The position numbers were made by a program, and so were the translations under genes. A DNA stretch of 44,969 bases from assembly GCF_001194135.2 (NCBI RefSeq), contig NC_068988.1:97595738-97640706 (forward strand). Direction: 5' to 3'. The notes beneath the pieces are model-generated. The model was not told the DNA's origin. It saw nothing but the letters and a program-made list of their open reading frames with translations, and did no database searches. The number at the start of each line of letters is the position of its first letter. The stretch's first letter is position 1. Source of the DNA: Octopus bimaculoides (lineage: Eukaryota). This document shows, in pieces, positions 1 to 12,182 of the stretch.

Positions 1-38
<38 letters not shown>

Positions 39-129
39 GCATACACACACAATCACACACAAACTCTCACACACGCACATATATACGCAAATCAAAAATA
101 CAGATAGGAAAAACAAAATAAAGTCAATT

Positions 130-1600
130 AGACGTAAACTGAATGTATTAGATTGACGCTCAGTGAAAGTTTTAAAGAAAAAAAGGTGTGGAAATGAAGT
201 TTCGAGCATGACTCTTCGTCAGAAAAACGAAAGATCCAGAGGAGTAAAAGAAGGAAGAAGCAGAGAGCTCGGAGGAAAGTATCTGCGTCGTTGCATGGCC
301 AAGAATTAACACTCTGAAAGCTGGAGAGAGATAAAGTATGTGATTTTTGAAGGCGAGTGAAACAATAGCCATTGTGTGGGTGTAGGGGTTTAATGAGCCG
401 CAAAGGGTACATTTGAGGCAACAGCTGATGTTAGAAGAAACGCAGTAGAAAGAGTCACGGATGTGAAGTGTGTTAGTTGGTTCCAGTGAGGGAGATGATG
501 CTGGTGATCAACGGACAGGTGTGGTATCGGGGTCTGGAGCAAAGGAAGGAACCAAGATAGGTGAGAGTTGGGGAGGGGATAGAGTTAAAAACCAGTAAGT
601 CGAGTAAGTAAGTTCGGGTGCATTTGAAGGAGGGGAGAGATGGGCTGGAGAAACAGGGTAAGTGATGGGCTAGAAGTCGAAAGGTCCGTAGTATCTTCTA
701 ACGGAGGGGAAGGTGAAGGGATAAAAATGAGGGGAAGGAAATTTGGTTGTCAGACGGATGTGGAGACGGGAAGAGGGCTGAGGTACGATCAGCTTGGCGG
801 CATGAGTAAGGCCGGTATGGACAAAGGTGGATGAGTGTCCGTGACAAGTGAACAGATGAGCTAAATATTGAGACTGAGTCTCAAACTCCTGGTTGCAGGT
901 GCGCCGACGTCGGAGGCAGAAGAATTGGGAGTAGGAGGTGGCCCGTTTAATGTGGGAGGAGTGAAAGGAGAAAAAGATCGAGGTAGAGGTGGGAGTCAGC
1001 ATGTTTGAAGAAGGCGGAAGTGGTGAGAGAGAGAGAGAGAGAGAGAAATGTTCAGAAAGTTGTCAAAGATGACAGGTGAACTCAAGAGACGGATAAAACA
1101 TAGAAACGAAAGAGATGAAATTATTGAGTTGTTCACGAGAGAGGGAAGTTGCGCCAATAAAGTGGTCTATGTACTGATAATGGGGTCGGTGGCGGTAGTG
1201 AGAGAGCAGAAGACGTGATTCGGTCCCGGAAGATGGAGCACAGGCGCTGCTAGCATGAGGGAGTCTGATCGGAGGACAAGAGACGTTAGAGCGTGGTGTT
1301 GCGAGGATGTCCGAACGATTCCTTATGTAAAAGTAAACGCTCCACGCCACTACAACTCCACCTTCGTCAGCTGATTTGATGACGATGTTGTCCCGGCGGA
1401 GGGCTGAGAATTCGGCATGGTGATGTTTAGAAGGTAGGATCTTGGCGATGGCAGTGAGCCCCAGAGAGCAGCAGCTCCAGAAAAGATACTCTTAGAATAA
1501 AAGAACTTATCAATCTCCAAACGCTCAACGGAGAAACAATGGACATGGCAAGGGAAGAGGGTAACGCGTTCAAGATGGCGATGGAGTGTAGCAGAGCAGA
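130..1600 (-). mobile_element. Degenerate, internally deleted Penelope-like element (RT + Cys-linker + GIY-YIG remnant; Neptune-like)
   Basis: Minus-strand translation gives, in PLE order: AEFSALRRDNIVIKSADEGGVVVAW (~1345-1410, cf. IVIKPADKG); QYIDHFIGATSLSREQLNNFISFVSMFYPSLEFT (cf. RYIDD); TTFLNISLS; KHADSHLYLD; IKRATSYSQFFCLRRRRTC (thumb); GSFLCSRPRYHTCPLI (Cys linker); HIRDSFYC..SNISCCLKCTLCGSL (GIY-YIG start). Many stops and frameshifts. The 5' boundary is approximate. Confidence 0.85.
199..222 (-). ncRNA. Hammerhead ribozyme-like core at the PLE 3' end (probably degenerate)
   Basis: Minus strand reads CTGACGA-A-GAG-tcatg-CTC-GAAAC (CUGANGA / stem II / GAAA). The NUH triplet that should follow is not intact. 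Minimal type I hammerheads are known from PLE termini. Confidence 0.6.
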
Positions 1601-1689
1601 AATCTCATTAGAACAATGACCATCCATTATGAAATATGGTTTTTTTATTTCCTTCTCCCTTTCATGATTCATTCCTTTACGTTTCTGTC

Positions 1690-1813
1690 TAAGACCAATT
1701 GTTGCCAGGTACTTCATAGTGGATCGAGCTACAAACCCACAGCTTTCTACCTCTACTACGTTACTACGCCCCGCAACAGCAATGTATCTCATATATGTCC
1801 GAAAGTCCTCCAT
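1690..1813 (-). mobile_element. Fragment of a restriction-like-endonuclease LINE (HERO-like C-terminus)
   Basis: Peptide NVVEVESCGFVARSTMKYLATIGL resembles the PVEVGCRGFVA(R)ST motif of HERO-type RLE domains (from recall). Short and isolated. Confidence 0.45.
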
Positions 1814-1877
1814 ATTTTAGGGCCTTTCCTTCACAAGCCAACTGTATATCAGTAATCTAATGAATGTGTATGTCAAG

Positions 1878-1928
<51 letters not shown>

Positions 1929-2040
1929 GCACGCACGCACACTACACATAATATCTTTTATATATATATACATATAATTGTATGTGCATTGGGGTGCAAT
2001 TCTGATGACGTATATAAGCATACATACATAAATACATTTT

Positions 2041-2085
<45 letters not shown>

Positions 2086-2645
2086 GCATACATACACGTC
2101 AACATTCACACACTCACACATACACATGCGCACACAGTAACGCACATCATATGAAACCGGTAAAATGCTATAATGGTGCTCGACAGTACCTTTTTGCCGT
2201 TCTGTATCCGGCGTTCCTGTTAACATTTATTCAGAGCTGCCAAAAAGCGCCAGCGCTGATGGCTCTTGAAGTGAATTAGCCGCCGGCAGATGTCGCAGAG
2301 CTTCTATTGCAGCCTTCTTTTCTATTAATACAACGCACCTTCTACAAGCTACACACAACCATTGTTGACCGTTCCATGCGCTAGTTCCATAGTTTAGAGT
2401 TGCTTCAGCTTGATTTAAATGTTTCTTCTCTTTCAACAGTGACAGATATATAACAGGCAACGAGAAGCTGCAAGAGGAATGGAAAGAAAGAAGACGAACA
2501 GAAAGATATAAAGTTTTAAAAAAAAAAAGAAAAAAAAGAGAGAATATGTAGAACTGAAGCAACAACTACAACTACTACGATAGCAGCTGCAAAAGCTTTT
2601 AAATTTCTACTTCTTATTTGAATAGTAACGATATATTTATATACA

Positions 2646-2677
<32 letters not shown>

Positions 2678-2687
2678 CATACATACA

Positions 2688-2721
<34 letters not shown>

Positions 2722-3819
2722 TANNNNNNNNNNNNNNNNNNNNNNNNNNNNNNNNNNNNNNNNNNNNNNNNNNNNNNNNNNNNNNNNNNNNNNNNNNNNN
2801 NNNNNNNNNNNNNNNNNNNNNNNNNNNNNNNNNNNNNNNNNNNNNNNNNNNNNNNNNNNNNNNNNNNNNNNNNNNNNNNNNNNNNNNNNNNNNNNNNNNN
2901 NNNNNNNNNNNNNNNNNNNNNNNNNNNNNNNNNNNNNNNNNNNNNNNNNNNNNNNNNNNNNNNNNNNNATATATATATATATATACATGCATACATATAT
3001 ATAAATATATAAATATACATATACGCATACACACACACACACACATATATACGTATGTGCACATACGTATATATATACAAATATATTTTCATATAGATAT
3101 ATATGTGTGAGTGTGTAATGAGTGGAAGACAGAGACGGCCGGTGTGCTACAGCGTTTCACTACAATAGTTGGACCCTTCATAACATCACAATCGAAAGGT
3201 ATTTGTCAGTGGAAAGATAGTTTTGGCAGGCGGGCTTTGTAGTCTTTTTGTTTTTAACTACCTTTCAAAATGGTCGCTTTTATTCCATTGTCGATGAATG
3301 TCGGATCTTAATGGTGTAAATGAGTCTGAATGTTTGTGTGAGTGTGGAGCCGACGCTTCTTTGTTGCTTCCTTAACTACAAGATAACGATTCTTTCCTAA
3401 GTATAAAAGAGATAATCTAAATAGAATAATGCTCCTTCTTTGATAACAATGGAGTAAGTCTGGACACGACGGTTAATCAGAAACGGTTCTTGCTGGGATG
3501 GGAGGAGAGGATGTGGTTCTGTGGCGAGAGGTTTCCACATTTAATGCTGTAGCAGAGCTGCTTCATGTAGTGAAAGATTTGTTGATGCAACTGTATATGA
3601 GTGTAGATGTAGTTGATACAGTAAATGTGTTGTTGCTGTTGTTATTGCTGTTGCGAATGTATTACTGGTAAAACATGTGGTCGATGTGATGATGCGGTAA
3701 TGTAATTGGAAGGTTTCTCATTTGATGGTGGGGCAGAAGGATTGTGGTATTATGAGGGGCTTTCTCAGCTGAGAGTATGATTAATTTTAACAGTAGCACA
3801 ACGCCGGCTCAGTGGAGGG

Positions 3820-3990
3820 GAAATGTCGATTATATCGACCCCAGTCTTTGATTGCTACTTTACGCTTTATTTTATCGACCCCAAAATGACAAATGGCAAA
3901 GCTGACCCCTACGGGATTTGAAATAAACACGCAACGGGCCGAAAGAAATGCCGTCAAGTATTTTGTCCGACGCGTTAATGCATCTAATGA
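3820..3990 (-). mobile_element. SINE family A (octopus tRNA-derived type), old copy
   Basis: gtcgattatatcgaccccag ... tttatcgaccccaaaatgacaaatggcaaagctgacc matches the copies at 12.7-13.3 kb and 41.2 kb. Confidence 0.75.
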
Positions 3991-4239
3991 GATCCTTATT
4001 TATGGCGGATGCAGTGTGGGGACCGACATGCCGGAGAATAGACCCAGCGTTTCATTTGCGACTCGTGAAAGATTTACACTCCGATTTTGTAAAACCTTCA
4101 CTATCAGTGATCACTCAAAAATAAGGCCATGTGCTGGAGGGTCGTTGCTTGAGTGGTGCAAAAGGGTCATCCGCCAGGAGGAGTAAAGGGTCACCAACGA
4201 AGTGTGGATGCAGCGAAGCGCTTTTACCGCGCACGCTCC

Positions 4240-4240
<1 letters not shown>

Positions 4241-4274
<34 letters not shown>

Positions 4275-4376
4275 GCCGACACTACTAATACCACCACCAC
4301 CACCACCACCACCACCATTACTACTACTACTACTACCACCACCACCACCGACACTACAACTACTACTACCACCACA

Positions 4377-4426
<50 letters not shown>

Positions 4427-4427
4427 A
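4241..4427. repeat. Compound (ACT)n/(ACC)n microsatellite
   Basis: Directly visible; the source of the poly-T/V/L/P ORF artefacts. Confidence 0.95.
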
Positions 4428-4928
4428 GTGATGCTGCAGTGAGAGGAGAGTTAGTGTGAGATGTGGAAAATGTTGATGCGGTGATGTTGTGAGAGACATG
4501 CCCTGCTCCTAATCCTGCGGTGGCTACAGTTTATATGGTGTGACTAATTTATACAGCTGAAGATATCTGACGGCCGACAGAGTTGAGGCTGGGATGTTGA
4601 GAGAAGTTTATGCATCTAACGATGTAGATATCGGTGGTGTAGTGGTGACGAAGTATTTGGAACAGCTCAACGACCTGTTATTTGGCGATGGGTTTAGATG
4701 CTGCCGATGTTGTTGATATCGGTTAATGGTATCAAACAGTTGCTTACGTGGTAAGGTGTGTGAGGCAGTGATATTGCGTAATCAAAAAAAGGAGAAGCGC
4801 CGACCATTGCTGACCGCTCGATATTACGGGAGAAGGGTTGGGCTTGTTTCGATATTTTTAATTCAGTCAAAGAAGAGGAAAAAGTTCCGAAAGTAGAGGA
4901 ATAATTAGATAAATTCAAAGAATGAGAG

Positions 4929-4929
<1 letters not shown>

Positions 4930-4986
<57 letters not shown>

Positions 4987-5370
4987 NNNNNNNNNNNNNN
5001 NNNNNNNNNNNNNNNNNNNNNNNNNNNNNNNNNNNNNNNNNNTGAGAGAGAGAGACAGTGAGAGAGAGGGAGAGAGAGGGAGAGAGAGGGAGAGAGATAA
5101 AGAGAGAGAGAGATAAAGAGAGAGAGAGATAAAGAGAGAGAGAGATAAAGAGAGAGAGAGATAAAGAGAGAGAGAGAAAGCAGGAAAAAGAAAGATAGAT
5201 AGCTAGATAGATAGATATATACATACATGCATGCAGACAGACAGACATAGGGATAGAGAGAGAAATATATAGAGCTAGAGAGTTAGAGGAATAGAGAGAG
5301 AGATGTATGTATGTAAACAGTAGATAGATAACTAGGTAGGTAGGTAGGTAGGTAGGTAGGTAGGTAGGTT
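4930..5370. repeat. (GA)n / (GAGAGAGAGATAAA)n / (GATA)n / (GGTA)n simple-repeat block
   Basis: Directly visible; spans a gap at 4987-5042. Confidence 0.95.
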
Positions 5371-5879
5371 GTTAGTATCATAAAAATGACTGCTGTATTT
5401 ATTCGCTATCGTTCTTGAGTAAATTTATCTAATTCTATGTCATTAGCTAGACTTCAATAATCGACCATTGGTGTGTGAGAAACTTTGCATAGTTTCTTGA
5501 AGAACAAGGATCGAGAATTGAGTCACAACAACATCAATAAAACATCGATGAATAAGTGAAACAAAAACTTAAATCTGTTTGTCGTTCCATCTCTTCATAA
5601 AAGGTGAAAGAAGACAAAACAATTTAGCAGTTCATTATGATTTAGCTTTAATTAGAAATATATGGAATTTAGTCGACTAAATTGATTGGTCTCGTGTTTT
5701 CTATAAAGCTCCAACATTGTCGCAGAATCGATAGGTTTTGGCACAGGTTTTGACCATGATTACACATGTTTGTTGCCGTTTTAAATCTTAATTTGACACG
5801 ACAGTACACAGTGGCCAATGTAAACGTTATTTGTCCGATAAATGAATTTATGTATTGTTTTATATGTTATTCTTTTTGT

Positions 5880-6240
5880 TCTTTTATTTCATTTATTGGA
5901 CTGCAGCCATGCTGGATATATCCGGAGAGGATTTAGTCGAACAAATTCACTGCACTACTGTTTTAAATTCTGGTATACATTTTATCAATCTCTTTTTTTC
6001 CAACCGCTCCGTTCCGGAATCGTAAAAAGCTTCCAGCTGTTGTCAAAGAGTTCAGAACAAAAAGAAACACAAAAACGCAGGGACAAACACGCCCACATTG
6101 TTACTCTCCTTCTCATATTGATATACATATAGCGGGCTTTCATCCAGCTTTCATCTTCTAAATTCCATCATAAGGCATTGGAACAGTTCAGAGCTATAGA
6201 AGGAGATATTTGGCCGAGACGCTATTCAGAGAGACCGCAG
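5880..6240 (-). mobile_element. SINE family B, diverged copy
   Basis: ggactgcagccatgctgg...tagtcgaacaaat...ccaaccgct and cgggctttc...taaattcc...aaggcattgg...gctatagaagg are collinear with the 19.4-20.0 kb copies. Confidence 0.6.
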
Positions 6241-6725
6241 TGTAAGTATCCGGTTAAACTATTATAAATATTAGATAGGTAGAGTGTGAAATCCTGGTGT
6301 CGTACTCGAACTTATATCATCTGTAAACATGAATGAGGTTCTGCCACAAGATCAATGCATTCATTCGAATTACTTTATCAATTTTAGACACTTTATTCTT
6401 ACTCGCGGGGATTATATGTTGCTGATGTCGTGATGCTTTGTAAACTTCGAGAAAACATGAAATGAATTTCTTTTTTACTAATGAAACTCGAAGCAGATAA
6501 AACTATAAATAATATCGTGGAAATATTGAGTTAAAATATCCCTTTCGATGGAAAAATTTGAAGCCCCCCCCCCCCTGGGGCTTAATCCCCACAATGTCTT
6601 CTGTGGGTATTAGTTTTGAATTGCATTAGTATTTGGGATCAGAATTTTGAATAAAGATGTAAAGCAGTTCTATATTCCTTATGACTCTCCATATACGATT
6701 ATCAATATAATGACCCCCATACAAT

Positions 6726-6771
<46 letters not shown>

Positions 6772-6873
6772 TGTGTGAGCGTACATAAGTATTAGATAAA
6801 TACATGTAGATATACACTCACACACACATACGCATATATGTACATATAATATATAACATAATATATACATATT

Positions 6874-6920
<47 letters not shown>

Positions 6921-7330
6921 GTACATACATGCATACATACATACATACATACATACATACATACACGCTCGCACACACGATCACAAACACACATACAGAC
7001 ACAAAATTAAACCAGCCTACGAGTATATTATTGATGTTTGAAGAAGGTAAGAAAGCAATGAGAAAAGAGAGGGAAAAATGTCAAATTAAAATGGAAGTTT
7101 CGAATTCACTGATAAAATGGCAAAGTCAAAGAAATGAGGAAAACAAAGTGAAAGAGAGAGAGAGAAGGACAGAGAGAGAAGGACAAAGAGAGGGGGAAGA
7201 GAAAGAGAGAGAGAGAGAGAGAGAATGCCTGCAAGATAAAGGATAGAGACGTGAAATGCAGAAAAAACATGAGTAAAAAGAGGGGATGGAGAAAAAACTT
7301 AGGTGTATATAGTTATCAATACATACCTAT

Positions 7331-7375
<45 letters not shown>

Positions 7376-7682
7376 TGATATTTCAATATAGAGTAATAAG
7401 TAAATTTACATACAGACAGACACACTATATGCACATATGCATACATAAATGTTTACATGCATCAATATATACGTACGTACATACACACATACATATATAA
7501 GGACACGTGCATTCATACATGCATACATGTATATGTGTGTGTGTATATATATATGTATATATATATATATATATATAAGTCAAAAATACACTCTGACAAA
7601 CACATGTATATGTGTGCTAGCGTGTGTGTGTGATTGTGGGTGTGAAAGTGAGAGAAACATGGAAAGAAAAAGNNNNNNNNNN

Positions 7683-7735
<53 letters not shown>

Positions 7736-8023
7736 AAGTGGAGAGTGTAGGAGAGAACGATAGAAATAGAGAAATAGAGATACAGATACAGAGAAAGAAG
7801 AGAGAGAGAGAGAGGTTAGCTGCCATAAAGGGAGATTATTATGGCTGTCATGATAAACAGTTTTGAGCCTAAGGCTATAATCAGTTCTAATCAGATTCAG
7901 GCCTTCTAAGTGTCTATTATCGACTTGTTATGGCTGCTACGATCTACGTTGCGCCCAGAGCGGCTGCATGACTGGCAAAGGTTTCTTCAACAGCCATTCT
8001 GAGCTGATGGATATGTATGTATG

Positions 8024-8063
<40 letters not shown>

Positions 8064-8745
8064 NNNNNNNNNNNNNNNNNNNNNNNNNNNNNNNNNNNNN
8101 NNNNNNNNNNNNNNNNNNNNNNNNNNNNNNNNNNNNNNNNNNNNNNNNNNNNNNNNNNNNNNNNNNNNNNNNNNNNNNNNNNNNNNNNNNNNNNNNNNNN
8201 NNNNNNNNNNNNNNNNNNNNNNNNNNNNNNNNNNNNNNNNNNNNNNNNNNNNNNNNNNNNNNNNNNNNNNNNNNNNNNNNNNNNNNNNNNNNNNNNNNNN
8301 NNNNNNNNNNNNNNNNNNNNNNNNNNNNNNNNNNNNNNNNNNNNNNNNNNNNNNNNNNNNNNNNNNNNNNNNNNNNNNNNNNNNNNNNNNNNNNNNNNNN
8401 NNNNNNNNNNNNNNNNNNNNNNNNNNNNNNNNNNNNNNNNNNNNNNNNNNNNNNNNNNNNNNNNNNNNNNNNNNNNNNNNNNNNNNNNNNNNNNNNNNNN
8501 NNNNNNNNNNNNNNNNNNNNNNNNNNNNNNNNNNNNNNNNNNNNNNNNNNNNNNNNNNNNNNNNNNNNNNNNNNNNNNNNNNNNNNNNNNNNNNNNNNNN
8601 NNNNNNNNNNNNNNATATATATATACGTACTCACTACACATATATATATACATATATATATATCAATATATATATACACACACACACATATGTAGATGTA
8701 TGTATATGCGTACATACTTTCGTTTATATATCTGTTGGTGGTGTA

Positions 8746-8782
<37 letters not shown>

Positions 8783-9695
8783 CAGTTTAACCTCTTAACT
8801 GGTGCTCAGAAAACACACAAAAACACAAAATGCGTCGGTTGAGAAAAAGTGAAAAAGGCGAACAGTAAAAGACTATATGCAATAACATCTTGAAGCATCC
8901 TCTGCTTAATTATGCATTTATTCTGGCCCTTTAGTATTCTGAGCGGCAGTAACATCATCATCATCATCATCGATATGGTTGTCACCGTCGTTTATTTGCA
9001 ACAGCAGCAGCAAACTTAATGTTGGCAGTTGTGGCGATGGCAACATTTTTCACTCTTCTGTGTAATCTTCCTTCTAGTGTTTGTGCTAACGTCACTTTCA
9101 TTGTGGTGGCGTTGGCGGCGGTAGTAGTAGTAGTAGTAGTAGTTGGGGAGGAGGAGGAGGAGGAGCAGCAGCAGGAGAGGAAGAGGAGGAGGAGGAGGAA
9201 GAAGAGTGGAAGCGATGGTGGTGGCGACAAGGCTGAAGTTAGTGTGTTTCGAAGGCTAAAAACCTTGAGTAAAGTTTTCCGCGAAATACATTGTTTCTCT
9301 CTCATTGTGTTCTTGCTTAACTTATCCTGCTATTGTGGGACTGCATGTGTGTGTGCGGATGTGTGTGTTTGAGTGTGTGTGTGTGTATATAGGTGTGTGT
9401 GTGCGTGATAGATAGATAGATAGATAATGACTTTCATATTCGATTTCTAATTCTTAAATGTTCTCCATGACAAATTCAGACAACGAATAAGAAAGGAAAC
9501 TCGGGGTAACAATGACGCAAAACAACTTGGAGTGAATTCAGAAATTTCTTTTTATCAAGTTTGTACCGTTCAAAGTAGACACATGCCGAAGTATGTGTGT
9601 GTGTGTATACACACGCACGCACAAACGCAGGCATACGCAAGCACATGCACACCACACACATATATATATATATATGTGCATATTATGTATTATAT

Positions 9696-9723
9696 GTGGC
9701 TGTGTGGTAAGAAGCTCGCTTCC
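9696..9723 (+). mobile_element. SINE family B head only (28 bp)
   Basis: gtggctgtgtggtaagaagctcgcttcc matches the reverse complement of the head ending at 19721. Similarity stops abruptly at 9723. Confidence 0.7.
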
Positions 9724-10279
9724 GGTTATCAAGGATTCATTTGGTTTGTTGCTTTTGAGTGAGACGGACTTGTTTTTTGGCTGTGCGTTTTTTGGGCTGT
9801 GCGATGTTTTTCCTCTTGTGTGATGGAGAAGCGTCGAGCGAGAAGTTGGGAACAGTTGAGGTGTTCTTCCCTAGAATGTGATTCGTCTGAGGAGGAGGAA
9901 TTGGTTGAGTACTTGAACAAGATGGACAAGGAAACGGAGAAGAAGAATTATGCAGCGGCGGTGAGAGAAGAAAAAAAATTGAAGAAATAAACGTGGAAGA
10001 GCAGAGCAAGTTGAAGGAAATACTTAAAAGGGAGGGGAACGAAGTGAAGGGGGTTCCCCGCCAAAGAAGTATTAAAAGACAAGGCAGGAAGGACTATTGT
10101 TTATAGAACTCACGCCATAGCAACAAGAAGAATTGAAGTAGTGTCGGAGGCACAGGTAGAAAAGTCACTAAGGTCAGTCTGGCAGGAAATATCATACCTT
10201 GCCAGGGGAGGGAAATATGGAAAGGTGGAGGTGCAGTTTAGAAGCCTTGTCAGTGGATTTTGTAGGCAGAAGAAGGCCG

Positions 10280-10280
<1 letters not shown>
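9724..10280 (+). mobile_element. 5' part of a gag-like ORF1 of an L1/Tx1-like LINE (decayed)
   Basis: Purine-rich protein-like frames MEKRRARSWEQLRCSSLECDSSEEEELVEYLNKMDKETEKKNYAAAV... and ...KDKAGRTIVYRTHAIATRRIEVVSEAQVEKSLRSVWQEISYLARGGKYGKVEVQF. Ends at a (CA)n. Family assignment is inferred from recall and from the zinc-knuckle copy at 24.5 kb. Confidence 0.5.
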
Positions 10281-10316
<36 letters not shown>

Positions 10317-10395
10317 AATGGATAATAAAACGAATGGTTTACCCCTGGTAGTTTATTTAACTCTCGGATATCCCATATCCCGTCTTTCATTTGCC

Positions 10396-10460
<65 letters not shown>

Positions 10461-10654
10461 TAAATTTAAGCTGTTAGACTCGTAAAATTCTTATTCAACC
10501 CTTTTAATTCCTGATATAACTTCTATTCTGTGTATGTCGGATCTTTTTATATGTAAGCATATGTACATTTTTTGTATTAAATGTATTTCATATTTTTTGT
10601 ATATCGACTTGCTTTACTTGCCTAAATTTACTCCTCTGCCTGCTCAAGTTTAAA

Positions 10655-10790
10655 CTGTTGGTATGTTTGCGACCCCATAACTTAATGGTTCTGCAAAAAC
10701 GACCTATAGAATAAGTACCAGGCTTAAAAAATAAGACCTAGGGTCGAAATGTTCGGCTGAAACCCGCAGATGAATGACTGAAACAAGTGT
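10655..10790 (+). mobile_element. SINE family B 3' part
   Basis: gttggtatgtttgcgaccccataacttaatggttctgcaaaaacgacctatagaataagtaccaggctt...agggtcga...aatgactgaaacaagt matches the reverse complement of 19755-19905. Confidence 0.75.
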
Positions 10791-10993
10791 TTATGTGTTT
10801 GTAGACCATGGTGTTTTCTATGTATAATTAAATGTCTGAGGGGTGTTGTTGGGTTTAAAGTCGTTGACCCAAAATTAAGGTTTGTTCTATAACTAATGCT
10901 TCTTTATCTTCGTTTCATTTATATTTGAGCCACTTCTTTTGCAGTCCTATAAATCCTTTTGTTTCTATAAGAGACAAATATTATTTCTTGCTG

Positions 10994-11071
<78 letters not shown>

Positions 11072-11487
11072 GGGAAGTCTATGAGTGTTACTTAATACAG
11101 TTTTGAGATGTAAAGATGATTATTTTTTTTAAGAAATCTTATGAAATCTTTTAACCGGATGTTACTAACCTTTTTTTGACAAGTTTTTATCTCGTGTGTG
11201 ATCGCTTGCGTTTAACCTTTTCCTAACACACGTGCTCATAAAGAAGAAGCTGTTATTTTTGTGGTATTGGTAGTATTATTTCCGGTTTATTTTCAGACTT
11301 TTGGTTTTGGTCATAAATATTCTTTTACCATTGTTTATTATATGGGGTGTTGGCTATTTTCGGTTTAATTTCGGATTTAGAATTCTTATAAAGTATTCTT
11401 CTTTTGCATTTCGTAGCTGCACATTTTCATCGATTATTTTATTAGTATCGTTACGCATAAAGCAAATATTGGTTTCCGATTTTAATA

Positions 11488-11620
11488 AAAGGCCAACAGT
11501 TTCGAAGGGGTGGCTAAGTCGATTACATCGACCCCAGTGATTGACTGGTATTCATTTTATCGACCGTGAATGCTTGAAAGGTAAAGTCAATCGCGGCGAA
11601 ATTTGAGTTTCTACGTTCAT
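11488..11620 (-). mobile_element. SINE family A, partial
   Basis: aagtcgattacatcgaccccagtg...actggtattcattttatcgacc...gaaaggtaaagtcaatcgcggcgaaatttgagt. Confidence 0.75.
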
Positions 11621-11689
11621 CGGCATTCCTCGACGTTTTCTGCTTTTAACTTCCAAATTAAATTCTCCAAATTGTGGTTTGTTATTGTT

Positions 11690-11872
11690 GTTTACGATGT
11701 TAAGCCCCGGGTCAGCCCTTATAGGGCAGACCTTCGCTTAAGTACGTCTCAGTCAAGATCAGTGTTTTCGTATATCAAGGACATTATCAAAATATGACCT
11801 TCCTTCTAACAGTCTAGAAGGTATTTTAAAGAGTGAATTGGCTGCTATTTCAATTGGTCCAGTGACTGCACT
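11690..11872. repeat. Interspersed repeat family D (SINE-like), copy 1
   Basis: aagccccgggtcagccct...gcagacc and gaattggctgctatttc; the latter motif recurs at 28562-28591 (opposite strand) and ~34118-34152. Confidence 0.55.
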
Positions 11873-11964
11873 TTTGCCCTCCCGTTAGTTTGTATTATTG
11901 CTGTTTTAGAGTTGGTAATAATTACATTCCCTGTATATTATTGTCCCAAGTGCTAGGGCTTATA

Positions 11965-12182
11965 GGATCGGTTTCGGGGCCTTCGTGGCGTATAAGTGAC
12001 TGAGATCACAACCTTCCCCCGCGAAACAGAGCGTCAGTCCGGGGCAGGAATACTCATTTTAACAGTTGAGTGGACTTGCGCAACGTGAAATGAAGCGTTT
12101 TGCTCAAAACCAGAACGCACCGTCCGCGCGAAATTGCGATCGTGAGAGCAGCACCAATAACTACCAGACCACGCGCTTTCAC
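11965..12182 (-). mobile_element. SINE family C (tRNA head + CORE-like domain)
   Basis: Minus strand: gtgaaagcgcgtggtctggtagtt...ttttgagcaaaacgcttcatttcacgttgcgcaagtccactcaactgttaaaatgagta. The head is tRNA-like and the central part resembles the CORE-SINE domain. Confidence 0.65.

Larger units (their letters stand above)
3480..4800 (-). mobile_element. Highly decayed APE-type LINE RT remnant (I/Jockey-like), split by a SINE and a trinucleotide array
   Basis: HVSN-(frameshift)-FDTINR at ~4719-4752 (cf. DxSKAFDTIN), followed by KPIAK and SQHP segments. NHILSSHP at ~3500 resembles the C-terminal region. Similarity is weak and patchy. Confidence 0.35.

Noticed and set aside
2150-2420. Minus-strand peptide LNYGTSAWNG...IEKKAAIEAL...NSLQ..SALALF resembling a LINE RT C-terminus
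   Set aside because: Similarity is limited to LxYxxxxW spacing and a few residues; too weak to call without a profile search.
4131-4442. Thr-rich mucin-like ORF and similar poly-His/Gln/Ser ORFs at 31.5, 39.2 and 44.3 kb
   Set aside because: These are translations of trinucleotide microsatellites, open in several frames on both strands.
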